A DNA stretch of 64,000 nucleotides from Ptychomitrium polyphyllum (taxonomy: Eukaryota). Within the stretch, counting starts at the first letter, position 1. The number at the start of each line of letters is the position of its first letter. The notes beneath the pieces were generated by a model. That model saw only the letters and a list, made by a program, of their open reading frames with translations, was not told where the DNA came from and searched no databases. The translations under genes and the position numbers were made by a program. The stretch covers positions 13,020,001 to 13,084,000 of the forward strand of contig OZ316776.1 of the NCBI GenBank assembly GCA_973851085.1, in the 5' to 3' direction. Below, piece after piece: positions 41,483 through 53,870 of this stretch.

Positions 41483-43008
41483 TGCAATTGTAAGCTTTTA
41501 ATTGATTCTATTGAATTTGAGAAAATTGCTATATTTGTGTGATTTATATTTACATTTCCTTTTAATTTTTAGATAGAATAATATTTAATTTCAATTTGAA
41601 ACTTTATTATAGCTCTGATTTAAATTTTTTAAAGTCTTTGCTTTACTTTTCATATGTGAAATTAGCTCTTGTACAAATAGTTATTAATAAAAGCTTTGCA
41701 ATGTAAGTGATTATACCTTTTTGTATCATAACTTGGTGTTATCTTCAATTGAAACTTTATATATCTAAGCTATGTTTTTCTCAAAATACTAATATAATCC
41801 ATTGAAAGAATCTTTTTTGCCAACTATCTTTGTTATTCAAGTCTTATGCTTCCATTCTTTAAAATTTGGAACATGGCTCAAATGAATTGGCTTCAATGGT
41901 GTTGGATTGGTGGAATTCAACTATTTAAGCTCTACATCCAACTTTTCATTTTTCCATGGCTATTTGTATAGAATTTTTCTTCAAAATGAATGGAATATTT
42001 ACAATAGTCTTATCTGCTGTTGAACTTTATTCTTTTGTTTAGATCCTTGTCAATTTTTCTTCTTGTAGAACAAACTTACATTCTATTTTTGGTGGTATTT
42101 ACAACACCTCTGTGCTCCAATACATGTAGTCTGAAAAAAAAACAACTCACTAACACATCACTAAACACACCAACTACAAAACTAATTCCTTGGTGCACTA
42201 ACTGGTTTGCACTTAAAATGGCATTGAGACATCCATGACAGGTTGAAGATGCACCTATCTTGACAACAACGGTGCAGCCAAAAATTTTACTCGCATTGCA
42301 CTTCAACTGCTACAGCGTACTTGCAGCCGTTCACATCAATATCTTTTGTCTTTTACTTTTACGTTTACCTTTTAGAAACAAAGGAAACTTTCTTTTGCCT
42401 CACTTCCTATCAATTTGCATATGAAACTCCTATAACATAATTTTTATTCAATTTGTATTTTCGATGCTGAATCTGTTAAGGAGAACATGTCAAGTTTGCT
42501 GCTCTAAAGGTGCTCCTGCCTGCAGTTGATTTGTGTCAGCTTTGCCATTCAAACTATTGATATTAGGTTGTGGAATAATTAATATGAATATCATATGAAA
42601 TGGGTTAAATTCATGTAATCGTTGCAGACGGTGAGAGAATTGGGCTTAGTTAAGTATCTTGATTTTCAGTATGGTAGATATTACTGCAATAACTGCATGA
42701 AAGTTGTTAGCATGATAAATTGCATTCTGCTCGTGTGCTGGACATGTTGTAAGTCTGCAATGCACAAGCCTGCTGCAACACGAAAGGATAATTCATGCTT
42801 CGTGTGTGTCTGGTTTCCTACATACTTACGGATCCAGTTTGGCTGTCGAAATAGAACCCGCTTGCAATGCTGTATCATTTACCTACGTGGATACACGACC
42901 AGCTTGGTCACCCTTGATCACAAGACACCAATGCTCATACTGGGTAGCTAGATGAGATATGACAGATAAAAAATCTAGTTTATAGAATGAAGGAATGTTA
43001 TTTCCCTT

Positions 43009-46000
43009 TCAAGCTGTCAAAGGAGGGAGATTTGGATGGTATATCATCCGGTGCTGTTGATTGCTGTTGTGTACGCCCAAGTGCTTCGCATTTCGTAAAG
43101 TCTTCTGACTTTTGTCAAACCGTTTGTCTCTTTTTGTCACTGCTTCTTGATCTGTGGACACGTTTGAGAACTTTTCCTTGTTTGGTACCTCACCATTTAC
43201 GATTGGTGCCTGATTCTCTATGTTGACGTGTCGCATACTCTCCTTGTGTCTCTTTGTAAGTGATGTAACGTGTGTGTTGAGGACTTTACAGGAGCGCTCC
43301 AGCAAGCGCAACATTCCTGATCTGAAGAACGAGCTTGGCATCTACGAACTCACAAAATACTGGAAAGTTAAGAACAGCAATCACCCAGTTCTAAACCTTC
43401 ATTGCTAAGACCCTTAAGAAGAGAACTTCTGACCCTAGTAATATCTCTTGCAAGCGATTCTCAAGGGTGTGTTCACCGAAATAAACAAGTTCCCGAGAGT
43501 CAGCCGTTAAACACATGACTCGTGGAGCACTCACAACTTTCTTAGCCTGGGATTTAAGGTTTGTGTAGACAGTTCAGAAGTGATGCAAACTGGAAGTGTC
43601 CATGGCAAAGGTCTAATTTTAGAACCTGATTCAATTTGGTCGCTGCCTGTTGAGTAACTGCGCCTTCAGTTGGGCCAATCAGTTGGTCAAGTCCATCTGG
43701 ATCACAAGGTTTGTATAAATGAGCGGGTAAACCAAAATCATAGTATCAGTTACAGAATTCGGGTTCATAATAATATTGAAGAGCCGAACCTTTGAGATTG
43801 AGAAGAGTAGACGTCATTTTGTTTACAAAGCTGTTCCACTCAACGAGCTCCTTCTTATCATCTGGAAGCAGGACAGTCTTAGGCATTAACTGATGGAAAA
43901 TTGGCATGTGTGCGTGTTCTTCTACAACCTTATGAACCCTCGCTCTATTCTTCTTCTGTTCCTGAACATCGTTCAACAGTTTGCACCGATGGTGACAACG
44001 AATTATGGGCGATTTATCCAGGAATCTATCTCTTCCTTGATTAGAAATCGTCGAAGTCCACCGCAGCCTTGATGGAGATTCCGAGGAAGTGAAATTCCTG
44101 CAGCACTTTTGATGTCCATAATCTCTGTAAAAGCCTTGATTTTTATTGTTGCCTCTGGGGTAACCTGGCCGATGGAAATTGTAGCCAACACTCTGCGCCC
44201 TTCTAGAACCGTCATTGGAGTTATATCTTCGCCCTAAACCGTCAGGAGCTTTTGATGAACCATGCATGTCAAATTCATGAAGCAGAGTGTTATCCCAGAT
44301 AGGATGCTCCCGCGGTGGCTCAAGGACCCTGGAAGGCATGAACCTGCCATTGGGTCTAGTTTAGTTTCTAGATACAGATCTCAACACTAGCCACCAACCC
44401 ATGCTCTGTACCCTACCTTGGTCAGAGCTTTATTCATAAGGGCTGAGTCAGTCGTAATGAAACTCTTGCAACAGAAGGACAGACTGTTAGCTTCCCAAAA
44501 CTTTGAAAAGAGCAAAAAGAAAACCTGCCATAGAAGTCTTGTTCCTGAGAGGTGTTTGTATGCTTTTGGCTGTTTTTGTCGACGAAAATAGTCTTCTCTA
44601 GCCATACTGACCTTAGGGGGGTTATCTTTGCAGAGCTAAAAGGTCTTTCCTTTACTGGAGGTGAGATGAATCTCCTGTTCTGGTCATGAAAATCTGATAT
44701 GTCCTCATTTTCGTGGTGCACATAGGGCGACCCTTGACGGGAGCTGTAATACCTAGAATCGTATTCAAAATCGCTTAGAATTTCATTAGCTTTAGAGTAG
44801 TATCTGAATGGGTCACTAACCTCCAAAATCCAAGACAAATACACAGATAGATTCCCAAAACAAGCTCAAAAGCAAAAACTCGCAAGTCTAAACACTTTGA
44901 GAGTCGCCTTACCTCATCTGCCTGCCACTGAGTCCCCAGTGTTGATCAGTTGGTGTTTTAGAAACAGATGCTCCTGAACAACAAGGGCTGATGTTTGCTC
45001 GGGGAGGACTAAAGTTGTGGAGTTTTGGAGGAGCCTTGTTAGTTTTAGAAGGAGTGTTGTTGCGAGATCCTCCTGCGTGAGTTTTGTTGCTGTTGTTTTG
45101 AGGACTCGACTTACGAGATCCTGCTCCACCTTTTAAGACATTTGCGTGTTGGCTTTGGATGGTAGCTTTGGTCTGTTTCTCTGGCATGCTCGACTTTAGT
45201 GAAGGTATACATCCTGACCGGCTAGCTGGATTGTTTGACTGAGATTTCGTGGAGTTGCATATGATGGGGTCCAATGATTCGGGTTTCATCCAGAATGGGG
45301 ACTGAGCATCGAGAGAAAATTTATAAAGGCTTAGTGAATTAATTGTAGATTTGGTATAAACTTCTGGTACTCTCTGCACTCACATAAGCAGGTAAAGATG
45401 AGAGGTAGAAGTTGTGTGAAACCTGGAATGTAGAAAATGTAGTATAGTGCTCTCCATTCTCGAGAATTCCCAATAGGCTGTCGTCTGTGTTGCCACGAAT
45501 GTCGACCAGGCGCAAAGTGTTCAACTCCTTCATCACGTCCAGCAAAGGCTTGGCTCCTGCTCGTGTCATCTGGTTGCACCTCAAGTTCAAAGCTACCACA
45601 GGCAACCACCCATTAATTTACCCATTCAGATTCTCCAAATTTCAGAGCTAAACCTCGTGACAGAAACCACCTTTCAACAACCATAGTATTTACAGAACCA
45701 TCTGCACTCTGTACTTTACAAAACAAATTTGCGAGTAGGCTAGCGGCACAGAAGACTAGTAAAACAGCAACAGCAATGGTTCAATTACGTTTCAGCTTGA
45801 GGCATCAATGGTTTTCCACATTATAACAATTGTTGTGGAATGACTCCATCACTTCTTGCCTGTGACCTACGATGGTTTGTCCATTGGTTTTGTCTAACTA
45901 CCGTCAAAAATTTACTGCAAGCAAGCTACTTCACCTTCCCATGTGCTATGCAATTGCAAATTTAGATACATGCTTACCACGAAGAGGAGGTCTCTTGTAC

Positions 46001-48415
46001 AGAATGGGGCAAAGCTCCTTGGAAAGGGCATCCGTGAAGGAGTTGCAGGAGAGGTCGAGAGCAACCAAACGGCCAGCATTAGGTGACTTCGTTAGCTTAT
46101 TGCCAATTTCATGGCGAATGCTGCCCACGACCATCGGTTTTCGCAGGGTGGACGGCCAGTCGGCTTCATTTCTTGGGGTTAAGAGATTATCCTGTTTCAA
46201 CAGCGACAGGTATTCTTCTCCATGGATCTTTAGAATTGAATAGTCACAATGGATATCCTATGAACTACAGTTTATGAATGAAAATCAGCTTTGGAATATG
46301 TGCATTGTGTAATCAAAGTTTTCTTTATAGATAATTAGTGTCTGTAGGTCGAATCAGATTGCTAACCCCAAGGTCTGGTGCAGGTGACCATTTTCCAATC
46401 AAAATTATGTTCTGTCTCCACAGTTTCCCGTATTTCGGAGCTCGATGTTCGGCTGGTGCTGTCTTTTTGGGGTTGTGCATCATAGAGCGCGCATTCGGGT
46501 CCACTCCCTGTACTCCACCCATTCCTGTACTCAGTAAATCTTTCAGTTCCGAAAGTAAGCAAATCAAGGTGTATACCTACCAGTATTCCGAACTCTTCCA
46601 CTAATATAGATGTCTAATGAACTATCAAACTGCGTTGCTACCTCTCATAGAAAGTAGTGCTCGTGAATTTGACCAGATTCCACCCTATCCTTTGGCCTCG
46701 AAATTTTGTCCTGTCACAACTCACACTAATAAGATATTTCCAAAACTCGAACTGACCTTTACAATAGTGGTAATCACGGAAGTTGATGCATCCGTCAGAG
46801 AGCATCCTGATAAATTCAAGATCTGCAGAGGCTGGCAATGCTGGAGACACGAAGACTGCAATGATTCCGAAACGTTATGAGACAGCAGAAAATACAGGAA
46901 ATACCTGTACAACTATGTAGTTACCGATGAGCAACACTGAAATGAGAGGTGCAGATTGCTGCCATAGTGTTACGTAAATGAAACGAGGACTTCTATGCAG
47001 ATAATTGAGTGTAAATCATACCAGCACTTGAAGAGTGACATCTCCGAGCCCGCTGTTTGCGAATGAGAGCTGTCGAAGTGTTCTGCTGGAACCTGAAATC
47101 ATCAAACACTTGAGGTTCAGTAGTGAAATGAGGAAAACCTAACATGTTAGAAAAACCTTGTCCAGGTTAGAAAAACCTTGTCTCTCTCATTGTAACGACA
47201 TCCCTTTGGATCTTCAATTTTTTTGGTACCAAGTGCTTATATAAGACCTTCCGGAACGCCTTTCGACATCTTCAAACATGGTTGCACGAATTACGAGACG
47301 ATTGCACACTTAGGAATACAAAGCCCCAAGCGTATTTAAAGGACAAGTGCGTACGTATAGCAGGACACAATGTGTTGATGTCACGGAGTCCCAAGCATAC
47401 TCCTAATTCCAGATTCTGCATCCATCCTTCAATGGCACATGCAAGCGCCCTGCCGCACAGACAACAAGACCATGAGCGAGCTGTACATCAGCTTAAAACT
47501 AAGACACAGCTGAAAGATTACGAGGCTCGAAGTTCGAAGAGAACAAAACAAACAGGTTAAGGATTAACATGTGCAGTAGCTCAGACAAAAGTAAAAAGCA
47601 TTGATATTACAGGAGGTTGCTGAGCAGGAGCATATAAGGATGAGGAAGCAATATGCTTCGTGTGTTCGACGAGTAAAGTATATTGAATTCCAATATGTGT
47701 AGCAGGAAGCACCTGGTAAATACAAACAGAGTATCTGTAGTTCTCTGATCCGCAGCCCCAAAAAACTGAGAAACTGCCAACGACGAACATAACTTGTATC
47801 GTCAAGAAGGGTCCTTAAAACATTACCCTATTAATTGATCTCGTTAAGGTAATTGGAGGAACCAGAAATGGTCAATTGATTTGAGAGTTACCAGATAGCT
47901 GATCCTCCAAACAAACTGACAATCGCAAAGTAGTAATGAATGGAAATTTTAGCTGCTTGGCCAAATGGAGGAGATCCGAGAGTGACATTTCACTAAGATT
48001 TCTCTGCAAAACGATCTCCACATTGATTGTAATTCTCAGCGATTGCCACGACAAGAAACTCAACACTTCCGGAATTAACCACAACCTTTGTGGTTTACCG
48101 CATGATGTGGTTCTAGTGTTCACGATCACATTGATTACTGACGGTTCAGAACTGAAAGGTCGAGATCAAGTAGTAGGCAACTGGATTTAATCCTTTCTCA
48201 GAAAACACACCAGACTGTTGCAAAGAATTTCCACAGCTTTATAAAGCACTTAAAGCAACAAACAAAACATGGATGAAACAAGTGGTTCTGACCTGTATGT
48301 TCGATGTACGAGGGGAAACATAATTTGCAGGCAAATAGTTCGGAGCCCTTTTAATTGTTGGACGATCAATTTCATGACTGCTGCACGCCTGGTGGTGAGA
48401 GGTTTCACGATCCAT
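43009..48415 (-). CDS. CEP78: CEP78-like leucine-rich-repeat (RNI-like) centriolar protein
   Basis: Phase-consistent model: 48415-48293, 48003-47892, 47773-47713, 47449-47355, 47092-47022, 46855-46757, 46227-45978, 45592-45423, 45373-44913, 44803-44525, 44343-43790, 43696-43626, 43341-43009 (2679 nt). LRRs: QNLELGVCLGLRDINTL, TLRQLSFANSGLGD, LQILNLSGCSLTD, LVALDLSCNSFTD, LRALNLRCNQMTRAGAKPLL and TLRLVDIRGN. Terminal exons are less certain, and the CEP78 assignment rests on recalled similarity. Confidence 0.7.
47146..47182. repeat. 20-bp tandem duplication in an intron
   Basis: GTTAGAAAAACCTTGTC occurs twice, separated by CAG. Confidence 0.75.
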
Positions 48416-49431
48416 GGTCGTTGAGTTGCGGCACTCTCTCAATTAGCTACTCACATTCTCGCTAGCTCTGTGTGAAAGCAGCTACAAACATGTACGGCAT
48501 GCCAAGTTCCTCCATCAGTCTTCTCAAAGGTGACCGCCAGCCTAAGCCCCTTCCAGCTCATGAAGAGAACTCAAATTCAAAGAGGGGAGAAATTAGGGCA
48601 TAATGGTGCGCATGACTGCTCAAGCAGACCACCAACCCCAGAAGCCAACTAGATGTAAAAGCACCAAAGCTCTCAGTTCGCCCAACTTTGACCACACCAT
48701 TGAATTGGTGTCCTTCAGATCCTGGATTCATTGGCTTGCTCCCGACATGGACACTCGATGACGTAACCCACGTGGAAATCCACGCAGAATGTGAAGTGAT
48801 CCGACGTCGGTGCATGCATGCATGCAAGCGAAGCGCGAGAGAAAAGCTGTGGCGAGAAGGCGCAGGAGCAGAGCAGGGGAGGTCACAGGTGGAGATGCAG
48901 AGCGGGAGTCGAACCGAAGTTTGTGATTCAAAGCGAGCTTGACAGCGGTCATATGCCATAAACAAACAGTTACAAACTTCGGCCGAAGCCTAACGGCAGA
49001 GTGAACAGTTAGCATCAACAAACATCTTTTCACGTTGGGATAGATAAACATCAAAAATGTAAAAACAACACATGGATAGTGGTAACGACGTAACGAGTTG
49101 AGGTGCCGCGCTGATCAATGCACCCACCTCCACTAGGGCCCCACTCTATTGAACCTTTTCGACTCGACCTACACTCGTACATGTGTAGAATGTATCCTTC
49201 AAACCTTTCCACCCCCATCAAAGACACGGGATGGGGGCTTCCACCTGAAATGTTTCCAAGTAGTCTTGCAAACCAAGATAGACGGCCACAAAGCGACATT
49301 CCTGCCCTGCTGCACAGACAAGGACCCGTCGAGGACTTTGCACGTTTGAAATTATCGAAACATTTTAAAGTTTAATTAAAAATTGTCTTATTTACATAAC
49401 CAGAGTAGATATAAGATCTTAACTAATCAAA

Positions 49432-49669
49432 CTATGTATTATGTTTTTGAATCCATTCTTTGAGGCTGGTTCCCCCTTGGGTAAATCCTGGCACGGAAGC
49501 ATAGAAGCTAACCACTGCCTTCCATGCTGCTTGAGTAGGATGAATGCTGTCATAAATCACAGCCTTCGCCGGACGCTGGCACAGGTGTAATTTTGTTTTC
49601 CTTCATTGTCGTTGTGCCCGCAGTTGTGTGCATCTAATGGATTAATTCCTGTTCAACAAGGCATCAACA
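49432..49669 (-). pseudogene. Isolated terminal exon of a GDSL esterase/lipase
   Basis: After a CAG acceptor: LMPC*TGINPLDAHNCGHNDNEGKQNYT, a frameshift, then LCQRPAKAVIYDSIHPTQAAWKAVVSFYASVPGFTQGGTSLKEWIQKHNT*. DSIHPT is the SGNH block V DxxH motif. No upstream GDSL exons were recognised. Confidence 0.78.
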
Positions 49670-49994
49670 CTGCAGCTGACTCTACTGAGCGATGACTTGA
49701 GAGCTGGACGAAAACAACCACCAAGACTAAACACTCGAGGGCCTTTCTACTTACCATCACCAAACAAAAATACACAATCTACCTCACAATACTGATAACA
49801 ACTAATAACACCAAAATACTATTACCATAAGCATCAACGAAATGACTGTTCACTCAACAATACTACTTTCATTAGTAATAAACTTTGAGCTTTATATACT
49901 TCTCTTGCCGCCTAGTGCTAGGCCTTCGCGTCAAATTTCCAATTTATCTTCAACCTGCTTATAAATGAAGATAATCCGTTCGGATATTCACAGA

Positions 49995-50067
49995 GACCGT
50001 GTGGCCCAATGGATAAGGCGCTTGCCTACGGAGCAAGAGATTCTGGGTTCGATCCCCAGCATGGTCG
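49995..50067 (+). tRNA. trnR-ACG: tRNA-Arg (anticodon ACG), intronless
   Basis: Acceptor stem GACCGTG/CATGGTC plus discriminator G; D arm with A-box TGGCCCAATGG; anticodon arm CTTGC-CTACGGA-GCAAG; T arm CTGGG-TTCGATC-CCCAG; 73 nt. Confidence 0.97.
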
Positions 50068-50091
50068 ACGTTTGCATGGGTATGAAGGACC

Positions 50092-50096
50092 TTTTT
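50092..50096 (+). terminator. Putative RNA polymerase III terminator (T5)
   Basis: TTTTT about 25 nt downstream of the tRNA. Confidence 0.6.
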
Positions 50097-50223
50097 ATTC
50101 GGAAGCGGGATGCTATTTTTGACGATGACGATGATGATTAGGGTTTAAGGATGAGCATGAGGACTTACCGTTCAGGTCTGCGATGGTCATGGTTGTTACT
50201 CCTGGTTATGTTGGACGCCCATT

Positions 50224-52620
50224 ATGGCGGCAGCTATTCGGAAGGTATGTGTGTGATCTCTATCTAACTTTCTGCATCAAGATTTCTTCCACGGAGAACA
50301 GTTTGGGACGAGGTGGTTGCAATTTGGCGTACTTAGTTTTATGACTGGTAGCGGACGTGTTTTTGGTGATCAGCGTTTCGATGTAATGCATCATTCAATG
50401 CAGTAAGTGCGAGTGAGGTGTGATTTTCTTAGGCAAGGCTGCGTCGTGTTTAGAATCTAGTCTGTAATGGGTTTGATGAGGTAGGGTAGCTCACTGGAAG
50501 AATTAGGGTTTACTGCAACTTTTAGGGTTCTGTGGAATGCGTTTCTCATTGTTTGGAATGGATGTTGGTGTTGTCACAACTTGGTGATGTTTCAGTTCTG
50601 TCGTGTTTGTGTACTTTGGACGTTAAACCCACATTGCAAGTTGCGGTCATATTTTGGATTTGTTCAGCTGTTGTGGAAGAGGCGTATGGACTGGGTTTCC
50701 GAGTTTCTTAGTATGGTGAGTGAGGATGAAGCTACAGCTTGTGAGTGAGGACGCTGGGACAGTGGAAGTTGTTTAATTTAGGGTTTAAGATTTGTTTTCG
50801 GGAAATTTGTACAATCTTGTAGATGTGGGATACTTGGTCGCGGGCAGGATCGTTATTTGCTACCGTGGACAAGCGGCGTCTTCAACATGAAATTGACACC
50901 CACAAGCTTTTCCTTCTTACTAGGTACTATCCTCTACCCTCAAAAATGGACTCGCAATTTGAGTCATCGCGCACGAGTTGTAGGTCTGTGAATCATGAGG
51001 AGATGTCGAAGTTTGTGTGCTTTATTTTGATATAAAGACAATCAGGCATTATTGATTGAGATATGGGTTCACTGAGTTCAATCTTTGCAGAAGGTTTGAG
51101 AAAATGAATATAGGAAACATTCAGGCAAATGGAACGCATTTTGTACTTCGGCTGAAATTTGGTTGACCTTATTGTTTGCAGCTTCCAGCGTGATGCCGCT
51201 TCTGGGAAGACAGAGAGTGTGGAGGGGCTTGCAAAACTGGCTGAGGCTACACCTTTTCAAGAACAGCAGCGATGTGTACAAGAGCTAGTTCATGGTCAGA
51301 TTAAGCGGATGGCAACTAAATTGGATGATATTCTTCTAAAAGATCCTATTATTGAGAAACCAAGTCCACCACCAGAAAAGAAGCGGCCTAGCGGTTTACT
51401 CTTTGCTCTTGGGAGACAACCGGAAACAGAGCCAGTTCCTTCTTGGTGAGTATTGTATCATCGGCTATACAACACAACATTCTGTCACCTATTGCGCCAA
51501 TAAAATCCAGGCTGTGATTTTTTGGGCATAACATTGGTTATCTTGACAATGATTGCTGATCGCTCCTTACAGTTCATTGATGCAATTTTCATGGTGTCCC
51601 AGCTTAACTCAACGAAACGATTCTTAACCGCTTCTTCTGAGACGACCTTTTTATTCAGATAGGTCACCTGATAGCAAGATCGAGGTGCAAGGCAAGGCAA
51701 GGAATTTTAAGATGTCCATGTTGTGCAGCGCAGATGTGGTTGAGACAAAGCAACTTAACAGGGATCAAGTGGCAGCAGCATTTGGAGAACGCATGGGCTT
51801 CACTCTATATTTACAACAATCAGGCATAGATCATGAGGAAGCTGGCACTGGGCTGTTCATCAAAGGAAGAGTTAAACCAGGTACGGTAGTTTCGATGTAT
51901 CCAGGAGTCATCTATTCTCCTTCGCAATACAGATACATGCCTGGGTACCCGAAGGTGGACGTTGACAATGGCTACTTGATATCTCGCTATGACGGGCTCG
52001 TGGTTGACGGCAAGCCCTGGGGTAAGGGCGACGACAAACGAGAATGGTGGGATGGTCATCATGGAAACCCCTTTGAGACCGAAGATAGCTCTGACCAAAA
52101 TCTCATTAAGCTCAAAAGGCGGTCTCCTCTGAGCTTTTGGGAATTCGTGGGTGGTGGTAAGGTGGTCCAAGGTCCTCTCGAGGGCGCAGAGCTTGAACGA
52201 CGCAGCCCCATTGCCTTAGGACACTTTGCAAATCATCCTCCAGAAGGGGTCCAACCGAATGTAATGATATGTCCCTACACATTCTCAATCCCGGGTCAAC
52301 AATCCATGAGGGCGTACGTTCCAAATGTCATGTTCGGAAACGATGAGGAGCTCGACATGCAGCGACGAGGTCCCCTCTGGATCAACGAGGGCAAGAAAGA
52401 GAGGCCCGAGGAACCAGAAGATTCCAGAAGGCTGTCGACAGTAGAAATGGCTGAGCAGCCCAGTGTTGGAATCAGCGATGTGCACACCTTAGTGCTGGTG
52501 GCCACCAGGGAGGTTCAGAATGAGGAGCTATTCTTAAACTATAGATTAAGCAGTTACATCCAGCAACCTTCGTGGTACCATCCGGTGAACGTCGAAGAAG
52601 ACAAACGTCGATGGGACTGA
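50224..52620 (+). CDS. SETD9: SET domain-containing protein 9-like (C5orf35 family)
   Basis: Exons 50224-50244 (MAAAIRK), 50823-50922 approx, 51182-51445, 51729-52620 join in phase. SET-like motifs SGIDHEEAGTGLF, GTVVSMYPGVIYSP, YLISRYDG, ALGHFANHP and LVLVATREVQNEELFLNY. Confidence 0.85.
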
Positions 52621-53744
52621 GCTTGGTTGTTTCAACATGCTAGTGACTCAGTACAACTCGTTTGATTTCTTTGTTACTAAATATGCATGGTGACTCTACC
52701 TCCTTTCCTTTTTCAAGTGGTGTGTTCTTTCTTCCTGTCTATCGTTTCGTTTGCATCAAGTCAGTGTAATACTTTCTGCTGAATCGATTTTGATCCGAGA
52801 ATTCGGATGATCATGTCCGATTATCACTTCAATGCACAAGGCTAAGAAACCTTGTTCTTTTAGCTTGTTTAGAACTTGGGTAGTAATGACCGTCTGTGAA
52901 GCGTTACCAGTCACCTCATTGGATCTCCTGACGTTGTTGGATCTACCATTCGCATATCCAGGCCAGTGTCTGGACATGAATACTGGACGACAAAAATTTG
53001 TTCTGTTCTGCTATTTAATTTACTTTCTCATTAAAGCAAATAGGATATCCTTCTATCTACTACCGGTACCGCAGATAATCATGTTGTGCGCAGAACTAAT
53101 TCAAACTTCTGACTCTAAGCTTTTAAACGGTCCTGACAGGTTCCAAGTAGTACACTCATTCTTCTCAGGGAAGTAGGACTGGCGACGTCTTTGAATAATG
53201 ATTTGGGTGCAAGGGTGCCTCTTGGAGTTCCCTAATCCAAAATTATGGCCCATCCAAGTTACAGTAGTTTACTTCACAATAACCAACAAATTATTCCAAT
53301 GTCTGCCTAGACTGGATTAGATTGTAGAAAAAGGCAGCCTGCAAGAGAAAGGCAAGTTGTGGAGAAAGGATATGGTTCATAACCACTACTTTCCCACATT
53401 CTGTCTTGGAGTTTTCAGTGTAGCTTCACGGAGAGTGGTTAAAGCAAACTGAATTTATTGATTTAAAGATGAGGATCTTATTTGGAAGCTTCTAAGAGGA
53501 AGAAAAATGTAATCATAGAGTTTATTGTTAAGTCCTTAAAGCACAATTTAAATTTATATATTAATATATAGCTTTTGAAAGGGCTAATATCAATGCGTGC
53601 AATGCTTGCTACTATATAATACTTTGTAAAAGTTATTACCAATCATTTTTTATGTCAAATTTCTGAAAATACAACAATGTAAATAGTTCATTGAAATATT
53701 TTTGTATTATAGTGTTGTTCATCAATACCTATTATATTTTGTTT

Positions 53745-53870
53745 ATATATATTTTTTATTTTTTTATTTTTTATTTTTTATTTTATTTTTTTATTTATTT
53801 TTTATTTTTATTATTATTATTTTTTAAAAATTATTTATTTAGTTTTTATTTATTTTTTTTTTTTTTATTA
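53745..53870. repeat. Low-complexity (TTTTTA)n/poly-T tract
   Basis: Almost purely T/A sequence; source of the spurious 53691-53930 ORF. Confidence 0.85.

Noticed and set aside
41890..41960. VLDWWNSTI*ALHPT, reminiscent of a hAT dimerisation domain
   Set aside because: Too short and degenerate; no other transposase motifs or TIRs were identified.
50128..50185. Possible C/D snoRNA downstream of the tRNA (ATGATGA box C-like)
   Set aside because: No CTGA box D or terminal stem at a suitable distance; the motif is part of a GAT/GAC triplet run.
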